A stretch of 64,000 nt of DNA from an uncultured Actinomycetes bacterium. Lineage in GTDB: Bacteria > Actinomycetota > Thermoleophilia > UBA2241. The stretch spans positions 32,001-96,000 of the forward strand of contig CAVWIH010000014.1 in the NCBI GenBank assembly GCA_963755025.1. The letters run 5' to 3'. Under the pieces are notes generated by a model. The model searched no databases and was not told the origin of the DNA. It was given only the letters and a program-made list of their open reading frames with translations. Made by a program: the position numbers and the translations under genes. This document shows, in pieces, positions 20,600 to 33,481 of the stretch (position 1 is its first letter; every line of letters begins with the position of its first letter).

Positions 20600-22152
20600 C
20601 CCAGCACGGCCGGCAGGGTCTCGAGCAGCAGCTTGATGTCCCAGGACAGCGTCCAGCCCGTCACGTACATGTAGTCGAGCTTGACCATCTCGTCGAAGGG
20701 CACGTCGTTGCGTCCGGTGACCTGCCACAGGCCGGTGATGCCGGGGGTGATATCGAGGCGTTTCTTGGTCCAGCCGCGGCAGCGGCTGGCTTCGTCGACC
20801 CAGAGCGGCCGCGGCCCGACCAGGCTCATGTCGCCGCGCATCACGTTGAGGAGCTGGGGTACTTCGTCGAGGCTCCACTTGCGGATCACCGCTCCCACGC
20901 GCGTGATACGGGGGTCGCCCTTGATCTTGAACATGGGGCCCGAGTACTCGTTGAGCTCGGCCAAGTCGTAGCGCAGCTCCTCGGCGTTGGCGTGCATCGA
21001 GCGCAGCTTGAAGATGCGGAACGGCACGCCGCCGCGGCCCATGCGCTCCTGCCTGAAGAACACCGGCCCGCGCGAGTCGAGCTTGATGGCGAGGGCCAGC
21101 AGGCCGATCAGCGGCAGGGCGACGATCGTGAGCACGCCGCCGACCACAAGGTCGAAGACGCGCTTGACGATGGTGTTGAAGCGCGACATCTCGACGTGGG
21201 CCACGTCGAGCAGTGGGATGCCCTCGACGTCGTCCATGGCGGTCTGCGAGCTTAAGATCTCGAACAGGCGAGGCACGATGTTGACGCGCACGCCGCGGTC
21301 GGCGCAGGTGCGCACCACGTCGAGGATCTGCTGGTGGCGAGCGCGCGAGAAGGCGATGATGACCCGGGTGACGTCGTAGCCGTCGAGCACGTCGTTCAAG
21401 TCCTCGAGGCGCCCCACGACCGGCACGGGCGGCTGGCTCGCCCCGAAGGGCTCGCCGTCGTCTAAGTAGCCGACCAGCTTGAGGTTGTACTCGGGGTGCT
21501 TGCCGATCTTCTCGCCGAGCAGGTGACCCACGGCCCCCGCTCCCACGATCAGCGTGCGCTCCGACAGTCGCGGAGACTGCCAGATGGCGGCGCGCGCGGC
21601 CGCGCGGCACGACGGCACCGCGACCACCTCGCAGGCCCAGAAGACCGCGATGAAGCCCAATGAGTCGGTCGTGCCCGCGACCGCCAGCGTGAGGATGAGC
21701 ATGCTCCAGGCGGCCACCGAGAGCGCCGTCAGGCCGCGCAGGCCCTCGGAGACGACCCAGCCGTTGATGCTGCGTGCCGAGCTGCGGTAGAGCCCGTACC
21801 CGTAGAGCACGAAGATCGTCCAGGGGATCATGAGGCTCTCTACGGCGAGCGGCGGACGGACCTCGGCGTACTCGGCGAGCGAGCGCCCGACGACCGGCAG
21901 GTGCCAGCCGACGGGCAGGAGCAGCAGGGCGATCAGCGTGACGATGGCCAGCGCGATCACGTCGCCGATCAAGGTGACCAGCACGCGCCGGCCGCCGATG
22001 CCGCGCGCGGGGGCGACCTCGGCCTCGTCGAGTCCCAGTTCCGCCACCGCCGTCGCAGGCCGCGGCTTGGTCACGTAGGTCTTCTTCTTGACGATACCGT
22101 CGCTCACGTGATCGGTGCTCTCTCCCCGGATCTGCTTAAGGCCACGGCCCAC
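20581..22152 (-). CDS. Priming undecaprenyl-phosphate sugar-phosphate transferase (WcaJ/WbaP family)
   Basis: TM helices and CoA-binding-like LIVGAG domain. KRVFDL...FKLRSM...DPRITRVG...SLDEVPQL..V..GDMSLVGPRP. Confidence 0.92.
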   Translation of the reverse strand: MGRGLKQIRGESTDHVSDGIVKKKTYVTKPRPATAVAELGLDEAEVAPARGIGGRRVLVTLIGDVIALAIVTLIALLLLPVGWHLPVVGRSLAEYAEVRPPLAVESLMIPWTIFVLYGYGLYRSSARSINGWVVSEGLRGLTALSVAAWSMLILTLAVAGTTDSLGFIAVFWACEVVAVPSCRAAARAAIWQSPRLSERTLIVGAGAVGHLLGEKIGKHPEYNLKLVGYLDDGEPFGASQPPVPVVGRLEDLNDVLDGYDVTRVIIAFSRARHQQILDVVRTCADRGVRVNIVPRLFEILSSQTAMDDVEGIPLLDVAHVEMSRFNTIVKRVFDLVVGGVLTIVALPLIGLLALAIKLDSRGPVFFRQERMGRGGVPFRIFKLRSMHANAEELRYDLAELNEYSGPMFKIKGDPRITRVGAVIRKWSLDEVPQLLNVMRGDMSLVGPRPLWVDEASRCRGWTKKRLDITPGITGLWQVTGRNDVPFDEMVKLDYMYVTGWTLSWDIKLLLETLPAVLGKRGAY

Positions 22153-22342
22153 CGGCCCTGACTACCCTTCCCCCGAGCGCCCGGCTCGGGGCCGTTGCGC
22201 ACCGCCCGGCGCTCGGATTTTCTCGGCCCACGCTCCCCCTTGTTCATCGGTGTGCAGGCCGCGCCACTTGAGGCGGGCCGACGTTGCCGGCACGGCCGCG
22301 GCGTCCGCGCCGGCCGGGGCCCCGGGGCGATGGGGCCGGTTG

Positions 22343-23116
22343 TCAGCAGCGCCGTTCGAGGCGCTCTATGGCGGTCGCCCTGCCACCCTCGGCGGTCACG
22401 ATCACGGCGTCTAAGCGCACGTCGCCGTCGGCCACCTCGAACTGCGCGGGCAGCTCGGTCAGGAAGCGTCGCAAGATGATCTCGCTGCGCACGCCGATCA
22501 CAGAGTCGCGGGGGCCGCACATGCCGACGTCGGTGATGGCGGCGGTGCCTTTGGCGCTGACGCGTTCGTCGGCGGTCTGCACGTGCGTGTGGGTGCCGAT
22601 CACGGCCGTCACGCGGCCGTCGAGGTACTGCGACATGGCGATCTTCTCGCTGGTCGCCTCGGCGTGGAGGTCGACGACGATGGTCTCGGCCAGCGTCTGG
22701 GCTTCGTCGACCAGGGCGTCGACTATGCGGAACGGCGAGATGCCGGTGCCCATGAAGACCTGGCCCATGAGGTTGATGACCGCGACCTCGACGCCGCCCG
22801 CGGCGGTGCGCACGGTCAGGCCGCGTCCGGGGCTCGACGGCGGAAAGTTGGCGGGCCGCACGATGCGCGCGCTGGAATCGAGGAACGGATAGACCTCGCG
22901 CTGGCGCCACACGTGGTTGCCGGTGGTGATGATGTCGACACCGGCGGTGAGCAGCTTCTGGGCGAGCTTCGAGGTGATGCCCGCGCCGTTGGCGATGTTC
23001 TCGCCGTTGGCTATGACGAAATCGGCGGCGGTGTCGTCGATCAGTTCGGGGAGCTCGCGTACGACGGCGTCGCGCCCGGGCTGACCGAAGACGTCGCCCA
23101 AAAACAGGATGTTCAC
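22343..23116 (-). CDS. ymdB: YmdB family metallophosphoesterase (TIGR00282)
   Basis: LFLGDVFGQPG, NGEN, TGNHVW, DLHAEATSEK, GTHTHVQTAD. Confidence 0.9.
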   Translation of the reverse strand: MNILFLGDVFGQPGRDAVVRELPELIDDTAADFVIANGENIANGAGITSKLAQKLLTAGVDIITTGNHVWRQREVYPFLDSSARIVRPANFPPSSPGRGLTVRTAAGGVEVAVINLMGQVFMGTGISPFRIVDALVDEAQTLAETIVVDLHAEATSEKIAMSQYLDGRVTAVIGTHTHVQTADERVSAKGTAAITDVGMCGPRDSVIGVRSEIILRRFLTELPAQFEVADGDVRLDAVIVTAEGGRATAIERLERRC

Positions 23117-23216
23117 GCTCTGCCCTCCACTCCGCGCCCGCCCGGTCAGTGGTACTAAGTGTACCCCGCCGTCAACGACTTCGGCGGGCGGCGCAGGGCG
23201 AGTTGGTACAGGAGGG

Positions 23217-24751
23217 TCAGGCCTTGAGGAACACGCGCACGGCGCCCTCGGCGGCGGCGATGACGGGCGCCGGATAGAGGCCCACGGCCAGCACGCCCAA
23301 CACGGCGACCACGGTGCTGGCCGTGATGCCGGCCCGCACGCCGAGCAGCTCGGGCAGCTCCGCGGCGGCGGCCGGCTCTTCGGCCTCGCGGAAGTAGAGG
23401 TACCACACGACCCGCAGGTAGTAGAAGGCCGACACCGCGCTCATGATCACGGCGACCACGGCCAGCCAGGTCATGTGGGCGGCGACCACCGCGGTGAAGA
23501 TGAAGAACTTGCCCCAGAAGCCCGCGAGCGGCGGGATGCCGGTGAGCGAGAGCATGAAGACCAGCATGGCGAGGGACGTGAGCGGCATGGTGCGCCCGAG
23601 TCCGGCGAGCTCGTCGAGGGTGTAGCGGAACGGCCGGCGGTTGCGGATGAGCACGAGCACGCCGAAGGCGCCGAGGTTCATGAAGGTGTAGGCGGCCAGG
23701 TAGAAGAGGATGGCGCTGGCCCCGGCGGGGTCGCCGCTGCGTCCGACGGCGATCAGGCCGAGCAGCAGGTAGCCGGCGTGGGCGATGCTCGAGTAGGCCA
23801 GCATGCGCTTGAGGTTGCGCTGCGGCAGGGCGAGCACGTTGCCCACGATCATGGTGGCCACGGCGAGCACGATCAGCACGTCCGACCAGCCCTGGGCGGC
23901 CGGCAGCAGAGCCGGACCGACGAGGCGCAGGAACCCGGCGAAGGCCCCCGCCTTGATGCCCACCGACATGAAGGCGGTGACCGGCGTGGGGGCGCCTTCG
24001 TAGACATCGGGCGCCCAGCCGTGGAAGGGCACCGCGGCGATCTTGAAGCCGAAGCCGGTCGCGACCAGCACCAGGGCGACCAGCAGCATGGCGTTGCGCG
24101 GGTCGGTATGAGAGAGGGCGGCGCGGATGGCGACCGTAGCCCGTCTGCCCGGTGACGCCGTAGACGAGCGCCAGGCCGAAGGCCAGCACCGCCGACGAGA
24201 AGGCGCCGTTGATGAAGTACTTGATGGCGGCCTCGCCCGAGCGGCGGTCGGAGCGCAGCACGCCGGCCAGCACGTAGCTGGGCAGCGACATGAGCTCGAA
24301 CGAGACGAGCAGGGCGATCAGGTCGGTGGAGACCGCCATGCCGATCATGCCGGCGAGGATGAGCAGCAGCAGCGCGTAGAACTCGCCGGGCTTGATGTCG
24401 TGTTGCGCGAGGTAGTCGTCGGACAGCAGGATGGTGAGCACACCGATGGCGCAGAACAGGACCGTGAAGAACAGGCCGTACCGGTCGAGGCGCACCATGC
24501 CGCTGAAGCCGTACTCCGGCCTGCGGGCGTTCATGACGAGGCCGCCCGTGAACACGCGCCAGAGCGCGCCGCCGCCCTGCCAGGTCGTCCACTGGGCGAC
24601 CGCCACCGCGGCGGCCACCACGAGGCCGGTCGCCGCGACCCACGCCGGCACGAGCCGGCGACCGCCGGCGAAGGCGTCGACGAACAGCACGACGAGGGCC
24701 GTCGCCAGCACGATGGCACGGGGGCAGCACGACGATGATCGAATCGTTCAT
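23217..24751 (-). CDS. nuoN: NADH-quinone oxidoreductase subunit N (frameshifted)
   Basis: FELMSLPSYVL, EAAIKYF, FKIAAVPFHGWAPDVYEGAPTP, KRMLAYSSIAHAGY. Confidence 0.9.
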
Positions 24752-26343
<1,592 letters not shown>

Positions 26344-28241
26344 TTATGCCCCCCAGAAGTACCGGATGAGGATGACGAGCACGAACAGGCCGCCGAACAC
26401 GCCGAAGGCGTAGCTCTGGGCGCGTCCGGTCTGCAGCGGCCGCAGGGCGCGCCCGCAGCGCGCCCCACGCCCAGGCGAGGCCGTTGACGGCGCCGTCGAT
26501 GACCTTGACGTCGACGAAGGTCCACAGCCAGGTGGCGAAGCCCATGACCGGACGGATCACGGCGCCCTCGTAGAACTCGTCCATGTAGAACTTGCGGTAG
26601 GAGGCCTGATAGGCCCAGGGCACGAGCGCCACGACGCGCGCCGGCAGGCCGGGGCGCCGCAGGTAGGCCACGTAGGCGGTGTAGATGCCCGCCACCACCA
26701 CGGCCAGTGAGAGCAGCAGCAGGCCGCCGCCGGTGCCGGCCCAGACGAAGTGCTCCTTTTCGACGTTGAAGAACACGGGCTGCAGGAAGGTGTGCAGCCA
26801 GCCGCCGTCGGGCGGCAGGCCGACGACCAGGCCGAGCACGGCCGCCGGGCACCGCGAGAATGACGAGCGGCCAGGTCATGACGCGCGGCGACTCGTGGAT
26901 GTGGCTCTGCACGTCGGGCGCCGAGCGGTTCTCGCCCCAGAAGGTCAGGAAGATGAGGCGGAACATGAACAGGGCGGTGACGAAGGCGGTGACCAGGCCG
27001 ATGACCCAGACAAAGTAGTAGTGGGCGCTGAAATCGCCGCCCAGGATCTCGTCTTTGGCCCAGAAGCCGGCGAAGGGGAACAACCCCACGTTGGCCAGGG
27101 CGCCGATCATCATGGCCCAGAAGGTGATGGGCAGCTTTTTGCGCAGGCCCCCCATGCGGCGCATGTCCTGCTCGCCCGACATGGAGTGGATCACCGAGCC
27201 CGAGCCCAGGAACAGCAGCCCCTTGAAGAAGCCGTGGGCGAACAGGTAGAAGATGGCCGCCACCCAGGCGCCCGCGCCCAGGGCCATGAACATGAAGCCC
27301 AGCGACGAGATGGTGGAGTAGGCGATCACCTTCTTGATGTCGTTCTGGGTGAGCGCGATGGCGGCCGCGTAGATGGCCGTGAAGGTGCCCACGATCATCA
27401 CCACCAGCATGGCCGTGTGCGACTGGCTCACGAGCGGGTAGCTGCGGGCGATCATGTAGACGCCGGCGTTGACCATGGTGGCGGCGTGGATGAGGGCGCT
27501 GACCGGGGTCGGGCCCTCCATGGCGTCGGGCAGCCAGACGTGCAGCGGGAACTGGGCGCTCTTGCCCACCGCTCCCACGAACAGCAGCAGGGCGATCCAG
27601 GTGATGACGCCGTGGCTCACGTGCGGCGCGCGGGCGAAGACCTGGCCGAACTGCAGCGAGCCGAACGTGGTGAAGATGAGGAACAGGCCCAGCGTGAAGC
27701 CCCAGTCGCCCACGCGGTTCACGAGGAAGGCCTTCTTGCCCGCCTGCGACGCCGACTTCTTGTGGAACCAGAACGAGATCAGCAGGTACGAGCACAGGCC
27801 CACGCCCTCCCAGCCGAGGAAGACGAGCAGGTAGTTGTTGGCCAGGATGAGGGTGAACATGGCGAACATGAAGAGGTTGAGGTAGGCGAAGAAGCGGTAG
27901 TAGCCGCCGTCGCCGCGCATGTAGCCGATCGAGTAGTAATGCACGAGCATGCCGATGGTGCTCACCACGATCAGCATGATGGCCGCCAGCGAGTCGACGA
28001 GGTAGCCCCACTGCACGCGGAACGTACCGGCCGACACCCAGGTGAACAGGTTGAAGTCGATGGCCTTGGTGTGGTGACCCAGGACGTGCGCCACGACGAT
28101 CATGGAGAGCACCCACGAGGCGGTGACCGCGATGAGCGAGACGACCTCGGGCCGCCGCTTGAGCACGTTCTTGCCGAGCAGGAGCGTGACCAGGAAGCCG
28201 GCCAGCGGCACCAGGGGGATGAGGGTGATCATGACATGCAT
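26344..28241 (-). CDS. nuoL: NADH-quinone oxidoreductase subunit L (frameshifts near 26850 and 26460)
   Basis: GWEGVGLCSYLLI, GKSAQFPLHVWLPDAMEGPTPVSALIHAATMV. C-terminal IDGAVNG...LQTGRAQSYA. Confidence 0.92.
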
Positions 28242-28251
28242 GCGCGCCGCC

Positions 28252-28560
28252 CTAGCCCTTCAGCTCGCTGAACTCGTCGGCCTGGACCGAACGCCGGTTG
28301 CGATAGTTGGCCACGATGATGGCCAGGCCTATGGTGACCTCGGCCGCGGCCAGCGTGACGATGAAGAGCACGAAGAAGGTACCGCGGGCGCCGGCGTGCG
28401 GCATGAAGTTGGCAAAGGCCGCCAGAGCGATGTTGACCGCGTTCAGCATGAGCTCGAGGCTCATGACGATGAGCAGCACGTTGCGCCGCGCGAGCACGCC
28501 GTAGGCGCCTATGCAGAACAGGCCGGTGGCGAGCGTGAGATACCAGTCGACGGGGCTCAT
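28252..28560 (-). CDS. nuoK: NADH-quinone oxidoreductase subunit K
   Basis: RRNVLLIVMSLELMLNAVN, AAAEVTIGLAI. Confidence 0.92.
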   Translation of the reverse strand: MSPVDWYLTLATGLFCIGAYGVLARRNVLLIVMSLELMLNAVNIALAAFANFMPHAGARGTFFVLFIVTLAAAEVTIGLAIIVANYRNRRSVQADEFSELKG

Positions 28561-29069
28561 GGCAGTCGGTCCTCTTTGCGGGCCAGCACGATGGCGCCGA
28601 TCATGGCCGCCAGCAGCACGAACGACACGAGCTCAAAGGGGAACACGTAGCCGTTGAACAGCCCGCTGGCGATGCCGGAGAGCGAGATGTTGTGCGACGT
28701 CGAGCCGTTGGGGGCCATCTTCGAGGTCACCAGGATGACGGTGATCACGACGGCCGTGGCGACCGCCAGCGGCGCGGCGAAGATGGCCTGGCGGTTGAAG
28801 AAGAAGCCGAGCTTGGTCTCGCGCTGGTCGGTCATCATGATGGCGAACAGCACGACCACCGAGATGGCGCCCACGTAGACCAGGATCTGGATGATCGCCA
28901 GCAGGCCGGCGTTCAGCAGCACGTAGGCCGCCGCCACACCCAGAAAGCAGAGGACCATGGACATGGCCGAGTGCACGACGTTGCGGAAGGCCACGACGCC
29001 GAGGCCGCAGACCAGCACCCAGACGGCCACGATGACGAACAGGACCGGATGAAAGTCGCCGTGGGGCAT
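28557..29069 (-). CDS. nuoJ: NADH-quinone oxidoreductase subunit J
   Basis: RNVVHSA, QILVYVGAISVVVLFAIMM, PFELVSFVLLAAMIGAIVLAR. Confidence 0.9.
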   Translation of the reverse strand: MPHGDFHPVLFVIVAVWVLVCGLGVVAFRNVVHSAMSMVLCFLGVAAAYVLLNAGLLAIIQILVYVGAISVVVLFAIMMTDQRETKLGFFFNRQAIFAAPLAVATAVVITVILVTSKMAPNGSTSHNISLSGIASGLFNGYVFPFELVSFVLLAAMIGAIVLARKEDRLP

Positions 29070-31555
29070 CAGTCGCCGCGCTCCATCTCGTCGAGGTCGA
29101 GGCCGTCGCCCTTGACCGGCGTCCACTGCCAGCCGTTGCCTTCGACGGCGTCGCGCACGCGCGGGTCGACGTCGGGCACGGCCGACTCGGCCAGCGCGGC
29201 CGGCCTGGCGGCGCGCACGTAGAGCGACTCCCCGGCGAGCTGGGTACGGCTGGTGCCGGCCAGCTCGAAGAAGTCGGTCTGCTCGAGGGCGCCGTAGGGG
29301 CAGACCTCGACGCATTCGCCACAGAAGATGCAGCGGCTCTCGTCTAAGTCGTAGCTCTGCAGGGCGCGCTGGTTGACCTGGATGGACCCGGTCGGGCAGG
29401 TCTCGGCGCAGCGCCCGCACGAGACGCAGCCCACGGTCTGCAACGGCAGGTTGTCGGGCGTCGAGACGATCGTGTCCCAGCCGCGGCCGATGGCGTCGTA
29501 GCAGCTCGCCCCGACCTCCATGCGGCAGACCCGCACGCAGCGCAGGCACATGATGCAGCGGTTGGGCTCGCGCATGATGAAGTCGTGACGAAAGTCGGCC
29601 GGGTAGTCGTGGGAGGCCTGCCCGTGGAACCTGTTGGCGAAGACCTCGTACTCGATGCCGTAGCGCTGCAGGTCGCAGCTGCCGTTGGCCGGGCAGTGGC
29701 AGTCGAGGCAGAGCTCGGCGCCGAGGCGCGCCTGGGCTTCGGTGAGACCCAGGTCGACCTCGTCGAAGGTCGTCGTGCGGGCGCCCAGCGCCAGCGTGGC
29801 CGTCTCGACCGGCGGCGCGGGGTGCGAGACGTCGGTGGTCATGTCGATGAACACCGGCGGTATCTCGGCCATGCGCACGACGGTGGGGTCGAGCTCGCGC
29901 CGCGCTCCGAGGGCGGCCACGAACGGCTTGGCCTGCAGCTCGGCGAGGGCGCGCGCCACCTCGCGCATGTCGAGCCCACGCAGGAACGCATCGATGCTCC
30001 AGGCGGCCTTCTTGCCCTGAGCGACGGCTTCGACCACGGTGCGCGCGCCCAGCACGACGTCGCCGCCGGCGAAGATGCGCGGGTCGTCGGTCTGGAGCGT
30101 GAGCCCGTCGACCTCGATGGTGCGGGCGGCCGTGCGCTTGACGCCCTGCTCTTCGCTCGTGCCGTCGAGCTTTGGGAAGAGCTCGGTGGCGTAAATCAGC
30201 TGGTCGCAGGCGACGACCGACGTAGGACCGGCGGGCGTGGGCTGGTAGCGGCCCTCGGCGTCGGGCGCGCCCGCGTCGGTGGGCTGCACCTCGATGCCGG
30301 TTAGCTTGTGGCCCGAGTCGGTGACGACGCGCACCGGGGCGACGAGCGAGCGCACGTGCACGCCCTCTTCTTCGGCCGCGGCGACCTCGGCCGCGGGGGC
30401 CGCCATCGCCTGACGGGGCTCGTGGCACAGCAGCGTGACCTCGCGGGCGCCCTTGCGGACCGCTATGCGACAGGCCTCGACGGCGGCGAAGCCGTCGCCG
30501 ACGACGGCCACCCTGTCGCCGACGCTGACGTCGCCGGCAAGTTCGACGTCGCCGACGAAGTCGAGCGCGGCGACCACGCCCGCGGCGTCGTCGCCGGCGA
30601 TGCCGAGGGCGGCGGAATCGAGCGCACCGAGGCCCAGGAAGACGGCGTCGTACTCAACGGTCAGGTCGTCGAGCTGGTAGTCGACGCCGAGGCGCGTGTC
30701 GCACTCGAGCTCGACCCCCATGCGCCACAGGACGTTGAGCTCCTTGTCGAGCACGGTGCGCGGCAGGCGGAAGTTGGGGATGGCGTAGCGCAGCATGCCG
30801 CCGGGCTTGGGCAGCGCCTCGAAGACCTTGACCCGATGGCCCTCGAGACGGGCGTAGAAGGCGCACGCGAGGCCGGCCGGACCGGCGCCGACGACGGCGA
30901 TCTTCTTGCCGCTGTCGGGCTTGGGCTCGACGGGCAGCAGCAGCTCGCCGGCCTGCTCGTCGTCGAGGCACTGGTCGGCCATGAAGCGGTGCAGCCGGCA
31001 GATCGTGATCGGCTGGTCGACGAGCTGGCGCCGGCAGGGCTCTTCGCACGGGTGCGTGCAGACGCGGCCGAGGATGGCCGGGAACGGCAGGTCCTCGCGC
31101 AGCTTGCGCACGCCCGACCGGTAGTCGCCGCGCGCGATGGCGTCGAGGAACTGCGGGATCTTGATATGCGTCGGGCAGGCGTCGCGGCAGGGCGGCGTGC
31201 AGAAGGAGTTGTGGTCGGACAGCAGCAGCTCGAGGTAGAGGCGCCGCATCTTGCGCACCTTCTCGGTGTCGGTGTGCACGACGATGCCGTCGGCGGCAGC
31301 CGTCGAGCAACTCGACACGGGCTTGCCCCAGCCCTCGACCTCGACCATGCACAGGCGGCAGGCCGCCGACGCCGGCAGCCGGGATTCGTAGCAGAGGGTG
31401 GGGATGTGGATGCCGACGCGCTCGGCCGCCTGCAGTATGGTCTCGCCGCGATCGCAGGTCACGTCGCGACCGTCGATGGTCAGCGCGATCTGCGAGGCGC
31501 GCACCGCGGGATGTGATGCGGCTGTAGCTTCGGGCTTGTCGTTGCGCGGCGTCAT
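29069..31555 (-). CDS. NuoG/HydA-like Fe-S subunit with an inserted GltD/NfnB-like FAD domain and a C-terminal half of NuoI
   Basis: In order: IPTLC..ACRLCMVE 2Fe-2S; SDHNSFC; PCRDACP...GRVCTHPCEEPC; VVGAGPAG; CLDCHC...CDLQ; CIMCLRCVRVC; CVSCGRCAETCP; then YDLDESRCIFCGECVEVCP..ALEQTDFFELA. One uninterrupted ORF. Confidence 0.85.
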   Translation of the reverse strand: MTPRNDKPEATAASHPAVRASQIALTIDGRDVTCDRGETILQAAERVGIHIPTLCYESRLPASAACRLCMVEVEGWGKPVSSCSTAAADGIVVHTDTEKVRKMRRLYLELLLSDHNSFCTPPCRDACPTHIKIPQFLDAIARGDYRSGVRKLREDLPFPAILGRVCTHPCEEPCRRQLVDQPITICRLHRFMADQCLDDEQAGELLLPVEPKPDSGKKIAVVGAGPAGLACAFYARLEGHRVKVFEALPKPGGMLRYAIPNFRLPRTVLDKELNVLWRMGVELECDTRLGVDYQLDDLTVEYDAVFLGLGALDSAALGIAGDDAAGVVAALDFVGDVELAGDVSVGDRVAVVGDGFAAVEACRIAVRKGAREVTLLCHEPRQAMAAPAAEVAAAEEEGVHVRSLVAPVRVVTDSGHKLTGIEVQPTDAGAPDAEGRYQPTPAGPTSVVACDQLIYATELFPKLDGTSEEQGVKRTAARTIEVDGLTLQTDDPRIFAGGDVVLGARTVVEAVAQGKKAAWSIDAFLRGLDMREVARALAELQAKPFVAALGARRELDPTVVRMAEIPPVFIDMTTDVSHPAPPVETATLALGARTTTFDEVDLGLTEAQARLGAELCLDCHCPANGSCDLQRYGIEYEVFANRFHGQASHDYPADFRHDFIMREPNRCIMCLRCVRVCRMEVGASCYDAIGRGWDTIVSTPDNLPLQTVGCVSCGRCAETCPTGSIQVNQRALQSYDLDESRCIFCGECVEVCPYGALEQTDFFELAGTSRTQLAGESLYVRAARPAALAESAVPDVDPRVRDAVEGNGWQWTPVKGDGLDLDEMERGD

Positions 31556-33481
31556 GCGCCCTGCCGCCCTTCGTCGGCCTGGTCGGACCGTTCGACTCCG
31601 GAGCGCACCTTGACCGCGGCGAAGTTGCAGACCTGCCGACAGGTGTCGCACTTGATGCACAGGTCCTCGTCGATCACGTGGATCTGCTTCTTCTCGCCGG
31701 TGATGGCTTTGGTGGGGCACTTCTTGGCGCAAAGGCCGCAGCCCGTGCAGTCGCCGCCGATGTAGTAGGTGATGAGCGCCTTGCAGCGGCCGGCGGGGCA
31801 GCACTTATCGTGGATGTGCGCCTCGTATTCGTGGCGAAAGTACTGGAGCGTGCTCAGCACGGGGTTCGGAGCACTGCCGCCGAGGGCGCACAGCGAGCCG
31901 TCGATGATGTACTCCGAGAGCTCCTCGAGCAAGGCGATGTCGCCGGGACGCCCCTCGCCATCGGTGATGCGCACGAGCGTCTCGAGCATACGTTTGGTGC
32001 CCAGTCGGCAGGGCACACACTTGCCGCAGCTCTCGTCCTGGGTGAACTGCAGAAAGAACTTGGCGAAGTCGACCATACAGGTGGCGTCGTCGACCACGAC
32101 CATGCCACCGGAGCCCATCATGGAGCCCGCAGCGAGCAGGCTCTCGAAGTCGACGGGCGAGTCGAGCAAGTCGGCAGGCAGGCAACCGCCCGACGGTCCT
32201 CCGAGCTGAACGGCCTTAAACTCACGGCCGGGCAGCATGCCGCCGCCGATATCGAAGATGACCTCGCGGAGCGTGGCGCCCATCGGCACCTCGACGAGGC
32301 CGCCGTTCTGCAACTTTCCCGTCAGGCTGAATATCTTGGTGCCCTTCGAGGTCTCGGTACCCATCGCGCGGTAAGCGTCGACGCCGTTCGACACGATCCA
32401 GGGCACGTTGGCGAACGTCTCGACGTTGTTCAGGTTGGTGGGCTCGCCGTAGAGGCCGTGGGCGACCGTGCGGATGTGTTTGCCGCGCGGCATGCCGCGC
32501 TGGCCCTCGATGCTCGCCGTCAGTGCGGTCGATTCGCCGCAGACGAAGGCGCCGGCACCCTGGTTGATGACGATGTCGAACGTAAAGCCTGAGCCGAGGA
32601 TGTCGTCGCCTAGCAGGTTGCGTTCGCGGGCCTGGGCAAGCGCGGCGTCGAGGCGCTGCACGGCGAACGGATACTCGGCGCGGACGTACACGTAGCCGTG
32701 CACCGGGGCGACGCCGGCGCCGATAGCGAAGGCAGCGATAATCATACCCTCGATCACGGAGTGCGGGTTGCCCTCGAGCACGGAGCGGTCCATGAACGCG
32801 CCGGGGTCGCCCTCGTCGCCGTTGCAGATGACGTACTTGCAGTTGCCGGGGTTGGCCCGGCAGAAGCGCCACTTCTTGCCGGCGGGGAACCCGGCGCCGC
32901 CGCGGCCGCGCAGGCCGGCCGACTCCACCGTGTCGATGACGGCCATGGGGTCGTCGGCGGCGAGCACCTGAGCTAGGGCCCGGTAGCCGCCCTGCGTCAG
33001 GTAGTCGTCGATAGAGTACGGGTCGATCTTGCCGTTCAGCGCGAGTACGAGCCGGCGCTGACCGGCGTAGAAGGGGATGTCGCTCTCGTAGGGCACCGGC
33101 TTGCCGCTGCCGGGATCCTTGTAGAGCCGTTTCTCGTAGATGCCGTCGGAGGTGATGCTGGCGCCGATGATGCCGGCGACGTCGCTTGCGCGCACCCGCG
33201 AGTAGAACAACCCCTGCGGCTGTACAACTACGATAGGCCCCTGCTCGCAGAAGCCGTGGCAACCAGTCTCGACCACGCGCACTTCATCGGCAAGGCCGAG
33301 CTCGCCAAGCTGATCGTGGAAGGCGGCAGTCGACGGCTGGGCGTCCCGAGGCGTGACAAGCAGTGCCGGCGCAGATGCGCACCTCGCGCGCGCCGTCGTG
33401 CGCGACGACCTGGTCGGCGTGAAGGGCGCGTTCGAGGGCGGCGTGGACGGCCTGTGCGCGGTCGGTGGTCGTGGTGCTCAT
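31552..33481 (-). CDS. nuoF: NuoF/HydB-like flavoprotein of bifurcating type (frameshifts near 33285-33320)
   Basis: N-terminal CAGTAC...TGCHGFCEQGP 2Fe-2S; GLRGRGGAGFP; NGDEGDPGAFMDR; GGPSGG; CGKCVPCRLG; C-terminal 2x[4Fe-4S]. Confidence 0.85.
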
